Source: Robertkochia solimangrovi
GTDB lineage: Bacteria > Bacteroidota > Bacteroidia > Flavobacteriales > Flavobacteriaceae
DNA: 64,000 nt
Assembly (NCBI RefSeq): GCF_007279655.1
Contig: NZ_QKWN01000006.1
Location: 138,033 to 202,032, forward strand
Reading direction: 5' to 3'
Shown here: positions 60,289 through 64,000 of the stretch, piece by piece
Position numbering within the stretch: position 1 is the first letter of the stretch
Layout of the letters: every line of letters begins with the position of its first letter
Program-made: the position numbers and the translations under genes
Notes under the pieces: model-generated
What the model saw: only the letters and a program-made list of their open reading frames with translations
Databases searched by the model: none
What the model was told of the DNA's origin: nothing

Positions 60289-60846
60289 ATGAAAAAATTT
60301 GTCTTCATCATAGGAATAATCGCATTGACTACTACAGCTTGCAGTCAGCCGGATGCACGTCGGCCGGTAAGCAGTAAATCAGGGAGCTTTATGCGTTCTT
60401 CCATCGAAAGAAATAAAAGCCTGCTCGACTATGAGGAAACGCTTATCGATTCTATCATTGCATCAGACTCGATCAACACCTATATAGTTTCTCAGAACGG
60501 CTATCAATACTTTTACAATACCGAGAATGCCGAAGATACGATATCCCCGGAAGAGGGTGATGTTGTAAAGATTACATACAATGTCAGAACGTTAACCGAA
60601 GACACGATCTACACCAACGACGATATTGGAATCGTTGAATTCCGTATCGACAAAGAAGCCTTGTTTCCCGGCCTCCGTACCGCGGTAAAACTCATGAATA
60701 CCGGTGAAACAGCCACATTCTATTTTCCATCTTCCATGGGATACGGCTATCACGGCGATGAAAAGCGTATCGGTACCAATGAGCCACTGATCAGTACGAT
60801 CAGTCTTTTGGAGATCAAAAAAGAAAACAACGCAAATTCTAACTGA
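60289..60846 (+). CDS. FKBP-type peptidyl-prolyl isomerase lipoprotein (GldI-like)
   Basis: 185 aa with a lipobox (LTTTACSQ) and an FKBP-like C-terminal half. Confidence 0.55.
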   Translation: MKKFVFIIGIIALTTTACSQPDARRPVSSKSGSFMRSSIERNKSLLDYEETLIDSIIASDSINTYIVSQNGYQYFYNTENAEDTISPEEGDVVKITYNVRTLTEDTIYTNDDIGIVEFRIDKEALFPGLRTAVKLMNTGETATFYFPSSMGYGYHGDEKRIGTNEPLISTISLLEIKKENNANSN

Positions 60847-60869
60847 TAAATTTCAATTAATTACTTACC

Positions 60870-61982
60870 ATGAAGAAGTTTAGTTTCTTATTATTACTAA
60901 CACTGATTATCCAGTCTTGTTCCAGCACAAAATATGCTGATCTAGGAGATGGGATTTTTGCCGATATCCAGACCAACAAAGGAGATATCGTTGTAAAATT
61001 ATTCTATAAAGAAACCCCATTGACCGTTGCCAACTTCGTTTCCTTAGCAGAAGGAACCAACACGTATGTCAGCGAAGATTTAAAAGGGAAGAAATATTAT
61101 GACAGTGTCATATTCCACAGGGTCATCAAGGATTTCATGATCCAGTCAGGCGACCCGACCGGAACCGGAAGAGGTGGTCCGGGATACAAATTCGAGGATG
61201 AGTTTGTAGATTCACTTACACACGATAAAAAAGGAATATTATCCATGGCCAATGCCGGACCAAATACCAATGGAAGTCAGTTTTTCATCACTCAGGTTCC
61301 AACACCGCACCTCAATGGTAAACATACTGTTTTCGGAGAAGTCGTAAAAGGCCTGGAAGTCATTGACAGCATTGCAGATGCTCCTATGAGCAAGGCAAAT
61401 CCTAGTCGTCCGGAGACTGATATTGTGATGAATCATGTAGTTATCGTTCGCAACGGAAAAGAGGCGAGAAAATTCGATGATCAGGCTATTTTGGCGGAGT
61501 ATTTTGGCAAAGCTGAAGCGGAAGCTAAAAAGATAGCTGAGGCCCGTCAGGCATTGGTTGATGAGTTCAAAACTCAGGAGGCCATAGCTGACTCAACTAA
61601 GACCGGATTAAAATTCATTCAACTCACTCCCGGTACTGATGAAAAGCCTTCATTGAATCAAACGGCATTGATCAACTATGCCGGATATTATGCCGAAAGT
61701 GGAGAACTTTTCGACACCAGTTGGCTGGAGGTCGCAGAAGATTGCGGTAGTGTAAACCCACAAAAGAAAGCGGCAGGAGCCTATCGCCCTGTTCCTATGA
61801 AGATCAGTCCGGATGCACAATTGGTAGCAGGATTCAAAGAAGGATTATTCCTGTTACATAAAGGAGAAAAAATAAGAATCTTCATTCCTTCTCATCTGGG
61901 ATACGGAGAAGCAGGATACGGTCCTATTCCTCCGAACACAGATTTGGTATTCGATCTGGAAATGGTAGATATACAGGAATAA
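60870..61982 (+). CDS. peptidyl-prolyl cis-trans isomerase, cyclophilin-type domain fused to FKBP-type domain
   Basis: 370 aa. Cyclophilin signature ([31 protein letters not shown]) followed by a C-terminal FKBP-like region. Confidence 0.8.
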   Translation: MKKFSFLLLLTLIIQSCSSTKYADLGDGIFADIQTNKGDIVVKLFYKETPLTVANFVSLAEGTNTYVSEDLKGKKYYDSVIFHRVIKDFMIQSGDPTGTGRGGPGYKFEDEFVDSLTHDKKGILSMANAGPNTNGSQFFITQVPTPHLNGKHTVFGEVVKGLEVIDSIADAPMSKANPSRPETDIVMNHVVIVRNGKEARKFDDQAILAEYFGKAEAEAKKIAEARQALVDEFKTQEAIADSTKTGLKFIQLTPGTDEKPSLNQTALINYAGYYAESGELFDTSWLEVAEDCGSVNPQKKAAGAYRPVPMKISPDAQLVAGFKEGLFLLHKGEKIRIFIPSHLGYGEAGYGPIPPNTDLVFDLEMVDIQE

Positions 61983-61988
61983 GACCCT

Positions 61989-62084
61989 ATTAGTAACACT
62001 GGTGACACTAGTGATATTGGTGACATACATTAGTTTCACTAGTGTCACTTTATATCACCAGTGTCATTTATACCATTAGTAGTA
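61989..62084. repeat. 9-bp periodic GACACTAGT-family repeat (third locus)
   Basis: tattagt aacactggt gacactagt gatattggt gaca... ttcactagt gtcacttta tatcaccagt gtcatttat accattagt. Confidence 0.75.
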
Positions 62085-63548
62085 TTATTCTTTATTCGGA
62101 ATATCAGCAAGTATAGCTTTGGTAAATTCCCAGAATTTCTGCACTGAAGCTACCTCCGCACGCTCATCGGGAGAATGCGCTCCTTTGATGGTCGGACCAA
62201 AACTGATCATATCCATATCCGGATAATTCTGCCCCAATATCCCACATTCCAGTCCTGCATGACAGGCAACCACATTAGGAGTGCTCTTGAAAAGCACTTC
62301 ATACTTTGATTGCAACACTTTCAGGATATCACTTCCCATATTCGGCTTCCAGCCGGGATAACTCCCGCTTAATTCCACTGAACAACCACAAAGCTCGAAT
62401 ACAGCTCTTAGAGTATTAGAAAGATCTGTTTTGGAAGACTCCACGGAAGATCTGGTCAGACAATGCACCTTGATCTTTCCGTTACCGATCTTCACTCTGG
62501 CAATATTATTAGAGGTCTGCACTAACCCTTCCATATCCGGACTCATACAATAAACTCCGTTATGAGCGGCATAAATGGCTCTAGTAATACCTTCCTGCAC
62601 CCCGAGTTCCATGACAGTTTCCGGTACTTCCACCACTTCCCCGGTGATCGTAAGTGAAGGTTCTGTTACCTGAAGTTCCTTCTTAATAACAGTGGCAAGC
62701 TGATTAAATTCAAAAGCAAAGGCATCATGGTGGATCTTATCGACCACGACAATCGCTTCACTTTCCCGAGGAATCGCATTTCGAAGTCCACCTCCATCGA
62801 TCATTGAAATTCGAAGTCCGAAATTCTCAAAACCATCGAATAACAGACGGTTCATAATTTTATTGGCATTTCCAAGACCTCTGTGAATATCCATTCCACT
62901 ATGTCCGCCTTGCAATCCTTTAACCGTGATCTTACAGGCGATCACCCCTTCAGGAGTAGCTTCCACGCGATAGGTACGACTTGCGGTAACATCGATTCCT
63001 CCGGCACATCCGATATCGATCTCATCATCTTCTTCAGTATCAAGATTCAGGAGGATCTCACCTTTAAGCACACCTCCGTTTAATCCCATCGCTCCGGTCA
63101 TACCTGTTTCCTCATCGATCGTAAAAAGGGCTTCAATAGCAGGATGTGAAATCGTTTTACTTTCGAGGATCGCCATAATCGCGGCAACCCCCAATCCATT
63201 ATCAGCCCCTAGAGTCGTTCCTTTAGCTTTTACCCAGCCATTCTCTTCAAACATTTCAATACCCTGACTGTTAAAATCAAAATCAGTGTCGTTATTTTTC
63301 TGGTGCACCATATCCAGATGCGATTGCAAGACCACGGTTTTCCGCCCCTCCATTCCGGGGGTCGCAGGTTTTCTGATAATAACATTACCCACCTCATCCG
63401 AAAAAGTCTCAAGTCCGAGATTTCGTCCGAATTCCTTCATAAAAGCGATCACCCGCTCTTCTTTTTTTGAAGCTCTGGGTACCGCATTAAGGTCCGCAAA
63501 GTTCTTCCAGACCTCACGAGGCTCCAGAAGACGTATTTCTGAATTCAT
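62085..63548 (-). CDS. pepD: aminoacyl-histidine dipeptidase (M20C, PepD-type)
   Basis: 487 aa with a GHLDMV block and the M20 metal-ligand layout. Confidence 0.85.
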   Translation of the reverse strand: MNSEIRLLEPREVWKNFADLNAVPRASKKEERVIAFMKEFGRNLGLETFSDEVGNVIIRKPATPGMEGRKTVVLQSHLDMVHQKNNDTDFDFNSQGIEMFEENGWVKAKGTTLGADNGLGVAAIMAILESKTISHPAIEALFTIDEETGMTGAMGLNGGVLKGEILLNLDTEEDDEIDIGCAGGIDVTASRTYRVEATPEGVIACKITVKGLQGGHSGMDIHRGLGNANKIMNRLLFDGFENFGLRISMIDGGGLRNAIPRESEAIVVVDKIHHDAFAFEFNQLATVIKKELQVTEPSLTITGEVVEVPETVMELGVQEGITRAIYAAHNGVYCMSPDMEGLVQTSNNIARVKIGNGKIKVHCLTRSSVESSKTDLSNTLRAVFELCGCSVELSGSYPGWKPNMGSDILKVLQSKYEVLFKSTPNVVACHAGLECGILGQNYPDMDMISFGPTIKGAHSPDERAEVASVQKFWEFTKAILADIPNKE

Positions 63549-63653
63549 TTACATCTTTTTTGGTTCAGCACAAAGGTAATTAATGAATCTCATTCACTCA
63601 ACCCGAGAATCTTTTTGATACCGAATCTTAAAAAATTAACCCCATAAATAAAG

Positions 63654-63968
63654 ATTTACGCCAGCAAAACAATCAAGGTGAAGCGAAGCAAACCCATAAT
63701 TTACGCCAGTAAATCCATAAAGCCGAGGCAAAGCAAACCCATTATTTACGCCAGTAAATCCATCAAGGCGAAGCGAAGCAAACCCATTATTTACGCCAGT
63801 AAATCCATAAAGCCGAGGCAAAGCAAACCCATGATTTACGCCAGTAAATCCATAAAGGCGAGGCGAAGCGAACCCATGATTTACGCCAGTAAATCCATAA
63901 AGGCGAGGCAAAGCAAACCCATTATTTACGCCAGTAAATCCATCAAGGCGAGGCGAAGCGAGCACTAA
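63654..63968. repeat. 45-bp tandem repeat ×7, each unit carrying an 18-nt perfect hairpin (GATTTAC-GCCA-GTAAATC); array runs to the window edge
   Basis: Units begin at 63654, 63699, 63744, 63789, 63834, 63879 and 63924. Consensus: atttacgccagtaaatccatMaaRgcgaRgcRaagcRaacccatK. Confidence 0.8.
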
Positions 63969-64000
63969 GGTCACTCAAGGAAGTTTTGCGCCAGCAAAAC

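Noticed and set aside
63654-63968. CRISPR array
   Set aside because: The whole 45-bp unit repeats, including the stretches between the palindromes, so there are no unique spacers. No cas genes are present in the window.
63636-63974. ORFs 63636-63974(-) and 63678-63968(+) as repeat-protein genes
   Set aside because: Both frames stay open only because the repeat period is a multiple of 3. The encoded 15-aa repeats are implausible, and a hairpin-bearing non-coding tandem repeat explains the sequence better. Confidence in this rejection is moderate.

Overview
This window reads as a Bacteroidetes (Flavobacteriia-like) chromosomal segment with about 40% GC. Housekeeping genes sit next to accessory genes. 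Confidently recognised genes: a partial SusD/SusC pair at the 5' end, pckA, an M28/PA-domain peptidase, a σ54-dependent response regulator, a TPR–HisKA_2 sensor kinase, an iorAB-like molybdopterin oxidoreductase, parA–parB–DUF5683–dapB–lepB–WbqC, two tandem rhomboid proteases, mutL, ribH, recF–DUF721, ndk, a PhoD-like phosphatase, nrnA, a gldI-like FKBP and a cyclophilin-FKBP PPIase, and pepD. The stretch at 25.0–33.2 kb looks accessory. It holds a divergent DinB_2/WYL-regulator pair. It also holds an operon of a DUF805 membrane protein and a 903-aa secreted protein that combines an HExxH (DUF922-like) head, RHS/YD-type repeats and an acidic tail. A MarR module and an SPFH protein follow, and the stretch ends next to a tRNA-3'-end-like fragment with no complete tRNA. 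Non-genic signals include a modular family of dispersed intergenic repeats at four loci (9-bp periodic GACACTAGT units, a 25-bp motif and CCTTAAT 7-bp tandems) and a 45-bp hairpin-containing tandem array at the 3' end. There are also two orphan rho-independent terminators in gene-free intergenic DNA, several candidate operator palindromes, and one candidate σ54 promoter. No CRISPR array, intact mobile element, rRNA or complete tRNA was found. All calls rest on motif-level reading of the ORF translations and on direct inspection of the DNA; no database search was possible.
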